A stretch of DNA of 64,000 bases, taken from the NCBI GenBank assembly GCA_012295275.1, contig CM022679.1, positions 25,172,001 through 25,236,000 of the forward strand, read 5' to 3'. Origin of the DNA: Chrysomallon squamiferum. Lineage: Eukaryota; Animalia; Mollusca. The position numbers and the translations under genes are program-made. Shown one piece after another: positions 1 to 24,500 of this stretch (position 1 is the first letter of the stretch; each line of letters opens with the position of its first letter). The notes beneath the pieces are model-generated. The model ran no database searches. It was not told the origin of the DNA and worked only from the letters and a program-made list of their open reading frames with translations.

Positions 1-1752
1 CGATTTCCACCTGCCATTAGTAATATAAAATATCAGTATTGTTATGAAATCTGAATTAAAATTTGACATTCCACTAATATACATTCCTATATAGAATGTC
101 GTTTAGAAAATATTTTGAACTGGTGAGAGATTTTCAGACGTGATTATTTCGGCAGGTTGCGTAATTTGCCAAGGTGTAGTTTCGAATTGAAGTAGCAAAT
201 AAAAAATGTGGAGTGCATTTCCATAACAGTTATCATAGATAGTCGTCAAAGACGTAAACACGGGTCTGCATATTCTCAAATCCGAAGCTACATGAGTAGA
301 TGACAGCAATGTAAAGTAAGTTTCAAAATCCGTAACGGCCTTTAACTAGCATGGACCAACAGGAACGATAACTCGTAACGACACAAATTACGACACGGTT
401 TTTCCCTCAAGAAATTTCGCCGATTTAATGGGTACACACAACCCCTAAATATTCTTTTCTGGTGGGTTCTGACAGTGGGAACATTGACAACTTCAAAAGT
501 TAATACATAAATGTTATTCCGAATTATAATTTCAATTTATTATGCACGCATTTACACGAAAATAATCCAGTTTGAAAGGTTTGATTACGTTGAAAAAGTA
601 GTTAGAAAAGGTGCGCGACATCATAGTTTGGTAATGTGAACAACCATCTTTACCTTTATCAGTGAAAAGTTCTGAAAAATGGACGCAAAATAATTTAATT
701 TGGAAGTTTAAAAATTCCGTGAGCTCACGGAAACTTCCGATCGAAATCCAAGATGGCAGCATTGAACGCCGATTAGTGTTTATTGACTTTTAAATACGTA
801 TGCATTCATAATGCAATCAATTCTACATGGCTTATTAAAAGTAATTTGGGAATATGTCATTTAATCAATGCCTCGTATACATAGATGTCTATTATTGAAC
901 AATTTGCTGCAAAGGTTGAAACTTTTTTTTTCTTGTAACTTTGACGTCATACCATCTCATACACATTTCGTGCTATATATATATTTTTTCCACATATTAT
1001 TACGAAGTCGCCAGCCAAAAAATAAAACAATAATAAAAGAATAACAAAATATTCTGATTAGGTACCATAATGTGGACACGTTACTACACTAAAACTCCAT
1101 AGCAGACAGTTCTGAGTAAGTAGTTGTAAAACGATACTTGAAACCATTATCATTATTTTTATATATATATTTATTTCCATGTTCAGTGCATTAGAGGTCG
1201 TATTTACATGTAAAAAGCCAATTGATCACGTGTTATTTTTGATTGCTTTGATACATTCGTTATAACGCTTGAATCAGTTTTACAACAGAACATTTAAAAA
1301 AAAAAAAAGTTATTAAAACTTAAATTTTCACTCTTTCGTTAAAACAAAAAACAAAAAATCACGTGATCATGCTACTTTAACACGTTTAAGATAATGAATC
1401 TAGTATAGAATACATTGTTAATTAGAGATACTGGACCACAGATCGAGTTAATTAGTAAATGATTTTACATTTCTTGAGCATAAAAAAAACAAAAACAAAA
1501 AAGGAAAAAAAACCCTACAAAATAAAAACACTCCCCTACCTCCCCAAAAACAACAACAAACAAGCAACAACAAAACAAACAAACGAAAAGGACAATCCGT
1601 CTGGTTAAAATATTATTTAAATAGGAGAAGATACATTGTTTATATAAACTTATTCTAATGAGAACAATTAATAAAGTGATAAAAATGTAATTAAAATAAT
1701 TAAAACCTTACCTACATAATGAAAGTTTATTAAATTAAATACTGAGACATTC

Positions 1753-1814
<62 letters not shown>

Positions 1815-1843
1815 TAATAATAAAAAAAAAAATATTATGAGAA

Positions 1844-2241
1844 AAATATATTTCTAACATTAGTCCCTATCAGAGCTGGTTTAAGATTTAATACGCTGCA
1901 GGGTTATAGATACTGTGAGGACTCTGGTAATATTATCAGACCAAAAAATAAAGAGTTAGAGAAAATGAAACATGGGCTACAGCACATTAAGAATAGTATT
2001 ATGAGATTCAGCTAACTTTTCCTGTAAAATAATTCCAACACAGATATCTTGGAAATAATGAAAATTTTAAATCCTAGTTTACAGTATTTATTAACAAATC
2101 ATTTTGTCAGTAACCTGACGGTGGAAAGATGCTGGTATGCCAAAGAGAAAAATTGTTGTTGGATTTGCAGCTTACGGTTTAAGCTTTACTTTAGCCAATA
2201 TACTGTAGATAATCTTTAAGCACAGTTTAACTCGGTGATCC
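1844..2241 (+). pseudogene. Inverted GH18 gene relic (intron, partial exon WKDAGMPKRKIVVGFAAYGLSFTLANIL, piece of next intron)
   Basis: Aligns by eye to the reverse complement of ~6090-6410 and 5838-5871 of gene A (e.g. tagtccctatca, gaaaatgaaacatgggcta, cttacggtttaagctttactttagccaatatactg, tctttaagcacagt). Splice acceptor deleted, in-frame stops, ~220-bp internal deletion. Confidence 0.85.
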
Positions 2242-2884
2242 AAATCTGAAATATAAACTGAATCGGAGCTACAGTTTTGGAGATATGGGCCATAAAGTTT
2301 TGTCTGTTTTGCCAAAAAATAAATCTGAATGCCTCTTAACGATGAAACATATTAGCGGTATCATACCAGCCAGCCAGCTGTTTACTACGATATTAAAACA
2401 GAACAGTTAGTGAAGATCGCCTGTCAGCGTAGGGCCATTTGCACAGTTCATAATTGTCTGTCGATGTCTAGCTAAGACACAATCAACATTTGAAATGAAC
2501 TCTGTCAAGGTATTTTATTCTTTTGGGTATCTGCATGAATATAAACATTGGCTTTCAGGTTCAGCTTTCCAAAAGTATGCTGCTTCAGACATTTTGAGCA
2601 AAAACGCATAATGATCTTGGTTATCATTTGAAATTATAAAAATGTGCTGAAGTCAAAACTTATGATTAAATAAAACTAGTTTTATACAGAAGTGAGAAAA
2701 TGTAACAGATTTTTCCCGAAGCTTTATATTTTGAAAGAGTCTCATTTCTTTCAGTAACTTGTAGACTGCACAAATAACTTTTACTATGAAGGCAAATGCA
2801 CACGGATAAACTACTCTTTTATTAACCACTATTATTTGTAATTAAATAATATCATCTGTTTTAGTTCATACAATTACTTTCAGT

Positions 2885-3262
2885 TTTGTAGTAGCGGTGT
2901 TACAGTGGTAGCTAATATCATTATCATCAATGCTGTCATGATAGTTGTTGTAAGTGTTGTAGTTGGGTGTTTTTCTGTGGTTGTAGTCAGTTTTCTAATG
3001 GTGGTTGTTTCCAAGGTTATCAGTAATGTGGTGACTGTTGTCGGTGTTGTTCTGTGTTTGTAGAGGGGGTTGTTTCTATGGTTGCTGTAGACGTAGTAGC
3101 AGGTGTTGCTTTTGTGCTGGTTGCTGCGGTTATTGTCGGCGTATCAGTGACTGAGTGTTGTTTCTGCAGTTGTTGGTGTGGTGCTGATTGTTGTTTATGT
3201 GTTGTCGGTGTAGTGCTGGGTGTCGTTTCTCCTGTTGTTGGTGTGGTGCTGAATGTTGCTTA
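2885..3262 (-). repeat. Decayed mucin repeat sequence downstream of the gene A stop codon
   Basis: After ACA TAA TAA the same frame continues [20 protein letters not shown], then shifts frame; Thr-codon-rich sequence persists to ~2885. Confidence 0.7.
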
Positions 3263-14717
<11,455 letters not shown>

Positions 14718-14784
14718 CTTGGGTTTAAGACTCAGTTGAAGTATTTGTCGAATAATAGTTGTGATGACAGATCTTGTTTAAAGT

Positions 14785-14817
14785 ACTGAATGGTGAAACT
14801 GAAAAGCCATTCTTATA
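14785..14817 (-). promoter_or_regulatory. Putative core promoter of gene A: TATA box plus initiator
   Basis: Minus strand TATAAGA starts at 14817; TCAGT Inr-like motif has its A at 14787, exactly 30 nt downstream, and lies 70 nt upstream of the ATG at 14717. Confidence 0.6.
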
Positions 14818-15053
14818 CTGCAGCGATTGCATATTATCTTTTAATTATTGTTAATATAAACAGTGTCGTTAACAGATATCTTTATCATTTCATCAATTAA
14901 TAGTAAATTTAATTAATGCTTGTTTACTTGAGTACAGTATGTTCTTTTCCAATTTTTCTCCCAGATTAATGGCAACATGGTTAACAACTAAATGGGAAAT
15001 GATAGAGAGGGATGTGGTATAATCTGGACACTTTTAGCCTTTTTTGCTGTGTG

Positions 15054-15109
<56 letters not shown>

Positions 15110-15129
15110 ATTAGAGAGAGAAAGGGAGA

Positions 15130-15900
15130 GGTGACGATAGAGAGCTTTAGAGTGGTTCGAATATAAACATTTTAATTTTTTCCATATCTGGTTCTGCTCC
15201 TCCCGTTGTGGGACTTTGAAAGGGGTCTCAAATACATTTCGAATGGACACACTGAGGTGAAACCGATACTTTTTGGGAGTCTGCCTATAATCTGAGCATG
15301 TTTTAATTTGTGGTTCAGGAATATTGCTGACATTGGTGTATCTGCATTTGTGGCTGGATGTTACGACTGCATATCTGGTTCATATATCTTTCATCTTTGT
15401 GTCATGATTATCCAACATACAGTGATCTTTTTGTCTCGATTCCGACCTTCTAGGTGGGACTTTGCCATTTCTAAATGTAGAACAGAATTACCCTGATCAG
15501 TTACTGTAAACCCTTTCATCCTTGTCATATCTTTGCCAGCTCTGGAGTAGTAAACCCTGTCATATGCCAGCTCAGGAACTTGTTGCCATGTGAGACAATG
15601 CAGAATTTTTGAAGCCTTAATGTGATAATCATATAAAAATATCTCTTCATATTTACACAATACCTGTTGACATTTGTAGATGGGCCCATCATTCACAGAA
15701 TCTTTGTCTTCAGCATTGTGTTTTTTTTCTACATAGCGTTTTACAAACACTTCAAATACATTCCCCACCATCAACTACTTCTTTAAAAGCGTTTTTCATT
15801 TTCTCACAGCTGGTATCATCAAAATCACTTGCAAGTGATCCCAAAGTGTCCCACATGCACTTCATGCAAGCACGTCACCTTTTTTCGACACATGGCATAA
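15130..15900 (-). other. Degraded coding-like sequence, probably a transposon remnant
   Basis: Higher complexity and GC than the flanks; fragmented ORFs (15391..15774, part of 14981..15250) with no splice-consistent model and no motif I recognise. Confidence 0.3.
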
Positions 15901-17564
15901 TCTTCACAAAAATATTTCTCTAATCAAAATATATGAATGATTTCTTATTACTTGATGATCTATACTATGTCAGAAAAGTATTATTCATAAAATATTACTT
16001 TTGAAGTCAGTTAAAACCAAAACCTTTTTTGACTGGGGATTAGCCATAGATTTTTTTGATGATGTCATCACCTCAGGATGCCTTGTTTTACTATCTATAA
16101 ATAGTCACTGATTCAGCCTGCCCCCTGATCGACTATGCCACGGGTCCCACTACATTTTCAACTTTACAAAGAGAATTGTAAACTTTATAACATTATATTT
16201 AATTTGGCTGTAGTTAATTAAAAAAAAAATTGCTTCAGAATTTATCTTTGCAAAAATTATGAAATTTATGAGTCAGTATTTGTAGAAATATTCAGATATA
16301 GCTACCTTTCTGATAAACGATGATACAATTCATATATATATCTTTAGCAACACTGTTGACATTAATATTTGTTTGAAAATGATATGTTGAATATTTTATT
16401 GTAGATTCTTTCAGAGTATATATATATATATATACACACACGCACACACACACACACACACATTTAATCATACTTTGTTTTTATAAAAAAAAAACCTTGC
16501 TAATGGAAAAAAAAAGAAGAAATATTTAAATCTAAATATAATGTAATTTTATCTTTGTTCAATTAAATGGTGACAGAACGAAAAAGATTTTATGTGTGTA
16601 TTGTTTAGCTAAATATTTTTATTCTAACCTATAACATGAAATTAATTTATAATACAATATAGATTTCAAATGATTTCACTTCTCTATTTCATTCAGTTAG
16701 GATTTCTTCTAAACACGTTTGCTAATGATATTCTGATGCAAACAACTATCCACGATTGCTACTTCTACAGTTATTTACATTCTAAACATTTATGTAGTAA
16801 CTATTCTATTACATAAAACATCACGCAAACTAAATGTAATTTTGTATCGTATTTCATGAATAAAAGATTGTTTTTCTGTGTAGTTATTTTCAAAAACTTC
16901 TGAGGAAATCAATTTGGCACAGGTGCTTTTAACTTGTTATCCTTGACTAGGTTATCGTTTTGATGCTTGTTCGTTACAAAATGCCCATTCACTGAATGTA
17001 TGACAACATTAGTTGGGAGTGCCGTTAAAGGACTATTATGCAATTAAAAATAAGGTTTTTATTCTACCTAACAATTTATTCATGTCTGGAACGGTAAGGA
17101 CCATAAAAAAGAATTCATTTACTTCAGTAAATTTATTAAAGAAATGTTACACAGCTCTATATACAAATAACCATATCCTCTCCCCCATGCCATAGCTTTT
17201 TTCTTGAATCCTTGATATCAGTGACTTCAATATAAATATCTATCTTCGAGACAAAAAATCAATTATATGAATACAGGTGATGTAAAATGTTTAATAATTT
17301 GCATTTTTTTTTCTTAAATTCATTCGTTAGTTCTTACTCCCTTATCGAATAATGGGACTTATAAATCTGGATCATTTTGGTGAGTTTATAAGACAGCTGG
17401 GCCAAGAACAAGAGTATTTTGGGGACAGTACGGTGGTGTGGAGCATGTACTATTTCATAATTTCAGAAAACTCTGTGTCCCACCCAGCTCGTTATAAAAT
17501 TAGTTAAATAATGTCGAAGTTATAAACAGGTTTGACTATTAATACTATTTAATGTATGGAAAAA

Positions 17565-17757
<193 letters not shown>

Positions 17758-18160
17758 AAATAAACATTGTGGAACCTGTTTAAACAATTAAACTGAACAT
17801 ACCAAAATCATAAAGTAATTTTTATTAGGTAAATTAAGGAAAGCAAAATTTCCAACAAACATTACCAACCAGACATTTTGCTGTACAACATCGAGAGTTC
17901 CAACACAGACCACTAGTTTCTGTGATAAAACCTGGAACCAGAGCACCGCAATTCATTACCGTTTTAACAGAATTTCAAGAAACAAACAAGACAGGATTCT
18001 GCTAGCAAAGCAAATATTGGATAGCTTAAAAGTCAATAATTTAAAAACGTTTCATATTTACCAAATTTAATTCACGTTTACTCAAGTGTTTCAGTTGATA
18101 TTCAATAAATCAGAAAGATTCTGTTTCTGGTTATTTCGTTTGAATGTAATTAACCATTGA

Positions 18161-18211
<51 letters not shown>

Positions 18212-18264
18212 TATATAAGTACATATGTACTTATTTAAAAAGTAATTTGAAAAAATTCAGATTT

Positions 18265-18450
18265 TGTTTTGTGTTTGTACTGCCTTATTCTAAATAATTC
18301 AAAATATGAAAAGTAATAAAATAAAATGATTAAACAAACACATATTAAATGTATATAAAATCAATACTAATGTTTAATTTTATTTATTTTGTGAATAGGT
18401 TGGAGATATAATATCAGTGATAGATAAATTATCTTCTGATGTTACAGCAT
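18265..18450 (+). pseudogene. Inverted duplicate fragment of the RhoGAP gene (intron plus 5' part of SH3 exon, VGDIISVIDKLSSDVTA)
   Basis: Near-identical to the reverse complement of 33354-33539 (tgccttattctaaataattcaaaatatgaaaagtaataaa...gaataggttggagatataatatc.gtgatagataaatta.cttctgatgttacagcat). Confidence 0.9.
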
Positions 18451-18754
18451 ATAAGTGATATTTATACAATGGATTTATTTAGCGAAAATGTTAATTTAAT
18501 AAATATTATTCTAGTCATTACCAAATGGCTGTGATGATAACCAGCATATTTTAATTTGTCTAGTCAGACAATGGTGCTTTCAAAATATCAGACAAATGTG
18601 AAACAAACTGATATACTCACCATACAGAGATTGATACATTTATTACGAATATATAACTATGCTATAGTTTAACATGTGTCAATGTTTTGCCAGAGATAGC
18701 AATTACAGGAAAATATAATAAATATCTTTAACTAAAACGACGATGCGAAATAGG

Positions 18755-18829
<75 letters not shown>

Positions 18830-20075
18830 TTTCTAAATGCGTGATAACTTTGTTTATTGTTCTCTATTGCAAGGATTACCATGACCACCACTTAAAACAT
18901 TTATTCATGTTTGTTGAGAGAGAAAGAAAAAAGAAACTTTCAAAGTAAAATATTATTAGATATATTTCTATTATTATTGTCGTTGTTGTTAAAGCTATTA
19001 ATTATTGTACGGTTATCTCAATACATTTTTATTTTCATATTAATCAAAAACACAAATATCACATTCACAGTAGCCACTTTTAACAGTTAAAAGTAAATAA
19101 TTACTGACATGAAGCCTGACTTACTGTCCTTTCCTCTAAATACACAGTTAAGTCGTTAAACTTAAACACTAGAAACTAACTCTATAATCACACGTGGTCA
19201 AAATATTCAACATTTAGATGTGTCACATGAGTCTCAGAGGTCAAGTTTACCACTGACTTCCCTAGACTAAGTACACACGAATCAAAGACATTTTTCTGAT
19301 AGCTAACAAGTGAGATTTTGTTTTTCCTTTTTTCTTCTTAAATAAGTTATTTCGTTATATTACCTCCTTGACCGTTGACCTTCTTCAGAAGGAACCAAAG
19401 TAAACACGATACGCACCTTTCAATTTTTAGTTAGCTAGAATGTTTATATTTTCCACATACAAAAAAAAAAAAAAAATCAAACACAATAACTGTGTATGAC
19501 CAGTATGGAGGTTATGCTTACAACTTCGAAACAAATTAAATAATAATAACAATAATAATAATAATAAAAATAATAATAATAATAATTATGATGATGAAAA
19601 TAATGATAACAGAGTAATATTAATAACAATGATAACGATGATGATGATGATGATAATAGTAGTAATAATAATAATAACATAGCTCTGTCGTCGCCTCAAA
19701 CTTTCTGAAATTCTAAATAATAACGTTTTTCAAAACAAAGTGAAGCCTTCTTTCCAAAATTCATATACCGCATACCTGTCATGTTTTACAACGCACTAAA
19801 CGAACTCACATTTCTACGTTTACCTGACCGTTCTCGTACGCACCTATGTGACAAAGACAAAGTATGAAAGAAAAGGCAGTTATTACACGTACAGAGAGTT
19901 TTTTTCCAGCTGGTCATTTCCTTACGGTTTAGCCCATATACGTAATTCATACCGCATGAAAATTAACACGTCTATAACGCTGTTTGTTTCAACATAAGTA
20001 ACAATATTTATTTTTAACATATTTTAAGGAGAAGTGAAGCTGAAATTTTGGATACATTCTCTATTGTTGGTAAAT

Positions 20076-20108
20076 ATGGTAAGAGAAATTCCTTCTTTCT
20101 TTCTTTAA

Positions 20109-20142
<34 letters not shown>

Positions 20143-20764
20143 GCTTTTTTGATTACTGTTTTTCAATTATTATTTATCTTGTCGTCCTTATTGTTATAAC
20201 GATTATGTTTTAGCGTTACTATTACTACTACTGTTACTACTACTACCATACTACTGCTTGTGTTGTTGCTATTAAGTAAAATTAATTGAAATATAATAAT
20301 ACTTTTTTTTTTTTCCATTTGCATATCGGTGACTATAAACAGCAGATTCCATAACATTAGGTAACTAAAACTTCAGAAAAAACAGATATTAGTATATAAA
20401 ATAATATACAAGTCAAAAATAGCGTTTAAATATTACAGTAAATATTTTACTTTTCAGATTTCAAGGATAATACTTTTAGAAGTGCTCTTCAGTATGTTTA
20501 TTCTGATAATTGGTAGGTCCAGCTTATTTTAAACTGAATATTTGTAATAAATAAAGCTTGATAAATTTTGTCTTTCTTTATCTTTCTTCATTTTATTTTT
20601 TTCTACTCTGATCTGATTTTCTCTTTTAACATAAATAACCGATAAACAAATACTACATATTTATACACAAACCTATACACACTCATATCCATCTATCTAT
20701 CTATCTATCTATATATAAAAGCACACTATTTACTTCATTTATTTAACGGATGTCGTTTTATTAT

Positions 20765-20823
<59 letters not shown>

Positions 20824-21522
20824 CAGGAAAAAATTACAGACGTGTTTGTTATTTTACAAACTGGGCAAGATGGCGGAATGGAATTGGAAAGTTTACTGCA
20901 GCAGACGTCGATCCTTTTCTCTGCACACATATCATTTTTGCTTTTGCAAACTTTGAATCAGACGGATTGATTATGCCACAGGAACCCGGTCAAGACGAAC
21001 AAGAGTAAGGAAGGAATTTAATAAATAATTAAATAAATATGTAATAATAATTAAAAAATAAAGAAACAAAAAAACAACAACAGCGTTTTCCTCAGGGTTT
21101 TTCAGCAGTGTTTTATTTTTATTGCTTTAAAAACGATGTGCCAATGGAAAGATAAACAGACACAAATGTACATAAATACATACTTACGTAACTGCATATG
21201 CAGACTAGAATTAAAAACATTAAAAACTGTTCATTTTTTCAGTTATAAAGCTTTCGTAAATATGAAGCAGCAGAACAAAAATCTCAAAGTTCTGCTTGCA
21301 TTTGGTGGCTGGAATTTCGGGAGCCAAAGGTTTTCAAACATGGTAACTACACCCAGCGTTAGGCTAAAGTTCATTTATAGTGCCCTCTTATTTCTACGAA
21401 AATACGGCTTTGACGGACTCGACCTTGATTGGGAATATCCTGCTATACGAGGAGGAAGTCCTTCCGACAAAGAAAACCTTGTCACGCTATGCAGGGTAAA
21501 ATATATTTTTTTATTTTTGTAA

Positions 21523-21572
<50 letters not shown>

Positions 21573-24500
21573 CTATTCATAATTGTTTGGTGAATCGAAG
21601 CAAATGTTTAAATGTCTGTCGCAAATTTATAGTTTTATTTAGTTTTTGCCGACCAAGCTTAATTAATAACGAAGTATAACGTAATCAACAGATAAGAAAT
21701 CGCTAAGGAACTATCGTTTTGTAAATTACTGGTTAAATAGTAATAAACATTTAAAAAGTTTTTCCATTTCATAACTGTTTAACATAATCTAACTACCTAA
21801 CTGAATAACGCAAACTAATTTGAGAATATTTCTATATCATCTATACGGTCATTTGAATTATCACCATCTCGAAATAGCTTTTCTTCGTGGTCATCAAAAT
21901 CATCATCACGTCATTTGATAATTAGATATGTGTGTATCAATACGTTTGTAGAATTTACGTATAATCTAGGATCTCAACGCTGCATTTACGAGTGAAGCGA
22001 TTATCAGAGGGAAAGAACGCCTTCTTCTTACAGCGGCTGTTCCGTGTGAAAGAAACAAAGCTTCCGTTGGCTACGACGTGTCTGCACTGAGCATGTATGA
22101 TGTAAACTGTTTAATATAATGTAATATGATACAATATAATGTAACGTAACGTAACGTAACGTAATATAATTTAATATTGCATTATACATACAGACAGAAG
22201 TTGAAGAATTGTGTTCCCAAAACCCGACAATGCCGTCGATCTCAAGGAACGAAAGAAAGGAATCCCATTTCTGTGTATTTGACTATGCTCATAATATCCG
22301 TCTATACAGTGAGGAAAATTAGCAGGGATACGTCAATCCTCTACTTTTTAGTTTCCACTTTATATTAATTTTATATTCTAGTATAGAGTCACCCCACACA
22401 CACACACGCACGTATGCACACACACACACATCTGTGTATATAATCTCAATACTTGCACATTTTTCCAAGCAAACCAATATATTAAGATACTATCCAAATT
22501 CAAAAACTCTGTCTTTGCATAATGATTTGATAACTTTTTATATGTTCTTGTTGAATTAGAAAGTGTTACGATAGGCCAGAATTAGGGTAGGTAATAGGTA
22601 AGTCAATACTTTTTCTATGATCTGCTTCCAGTATAAACTGCACTTTCAGATTACAACAAAATTTATCACCGCGGGATTTATTTTTAAGTTATATGCTGTC
22701 ATGATGGCTAAGTTTTTGAACATTCTCGTTTAAATACGTTAAAATTCTTTTAACAGAACATAATAACAAAAGTGGTGATTTTCCCATAGGTCAGATATAT
22801 AGATTTCATTAACCTGACAATGAAAAAGTTCTAAAACCGAAGTCAATATAGATTTCATAAACAACTTTTTATGTCATTTGCGGTCATGATTGCTAACTTT
22901 TCGGACCTTTTCGTTTAAATACAAAATTTATGTAGGAATATTCTGATATAATTCTTTTAACAGAAGTCGTGTTTTTCCATTGATCAGGTATTTAGATTTT
23001 ATTAATCTGATGACTTATAACTTCCACGGTGGTTGGGAAGGGAAAACTGGTTTCAATAGTCCCTTATACGGCTCAGTCAGCAGTGCAGGTCAAAATGATA
23101 ATATGGTGAGTAGAAGCATATACAGATTTGAGAGCTATTTGATTAATAATTAGTCTAAAGTATTTTTAATTTTCAATAAATGTTTGCGATTGAAAAACGT
23201 TTCTAAATATAAATAATAATGGAGACTGAAAATCTCATGTGCCAAATTCTCTGGACCGGAAGTGTTACAGATTTCGGTATACTTGTATAACGTAACAATC
23301 TGAAACATTTTTTAAAAACGAAATCATTTTAATATTTCAAGTACAGTTTATGGACATAATTTTCAGGTATTTTTATGTAATATATATATATTTTTTATAA
23401 TTCTGTACATTACATAAATTACGTCAAACCATCCAAAACATTGTAACTTGTAAGATATCACTACATCGAATGCGAGTCTGCTTCGGTTCAGAAAACTTTT
23501 GAATTTGTTTACCATTCTGTATTCCGCTGAATACTTTGTTGTTCTTATAAAATACTGAAAACCATTATTTCTAAATTATATGGTATCATTATTTCAATGA
23601 TGCCTTTTGCATATTTAGTTCTTACTTTATTAAAAAGTCGAAATATGAACAACAACAAAATATGTAATTATTCGTTGAATATATTCATTTTATGGTTTCA
23701 GGATGCAGCTGCAAGATGGTGGTATGAAGCTGGCATGCCTAAGAACAAAATCACCATCGGAATGGCGACGTTTGGAAGAAGTTTTACTTTAAATAATCCA
23801 CATGATCACGGTGTAGGAGTCACTGCTTCAGTTGGTCCAGCTAGTCAGGTGACTAGAGAGAAAGGATTTTTGTCATATTACGAGGTTAGTTTAAAATATA
23901 AAAATAAACTATATGTTTATGCTGAAGTGTCCCCTGTCCTAACGGAAATTTCTTTTTTTATTATTATTTTAATAAATAATATATTAATTTATTATTATTA
24001 TTATTATATTATTATTATTATTATTATTATCATCATCATCATCTGAAAAATAATTATATATTAAAATAAATAAATTGTTGCTGCTGTTGTTTCTCTGGAA
24101 AAATTAATATATATAAGATAACATTGCCAAATAGCATGTTGTTTTGTTTTTGATTTTCATTTGTCTGAATTTTTTAATAACTATTATTGTTATTATTTTT
24201 TTTGTTGATTTAGGTTTGCCAGGAACTCAAACAAGCAGGTGGCATGGTTATATTTGATGATGTCCAGAAAGTACCCTATTATGTGAAAGATTCATTGTGG
24301 CTTAGTTATGACAATGAACTCAGTTTCAAAATAAAGGTACAGCTGTAATAATGATGATTATGATGTTGATTATTATTATTATCATTTTATTATTACATTG
24401 CTCATGCTAAACACACTCACACACACACACACACACACACACTTTTTCAGGGAGAAAAGTCAAGCAAAAGAAATCCCTACAGATAGAAGAATGATAGAAG

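Noticed and set aside
1-950. Higher-complexity sequence with short ORFs and a faint PSRxxxDL resemblance to Tc1/mariner transposase
   Set aside because: Similarity too weak, no terminal repeats identified; cannot be supported without a database search.
20767-20826. (CT)n microsatellite serving as the polypyrimidine tract of gene B exon 3
   Set aside because: Real but commonplace in microsatellite-rich genomes.
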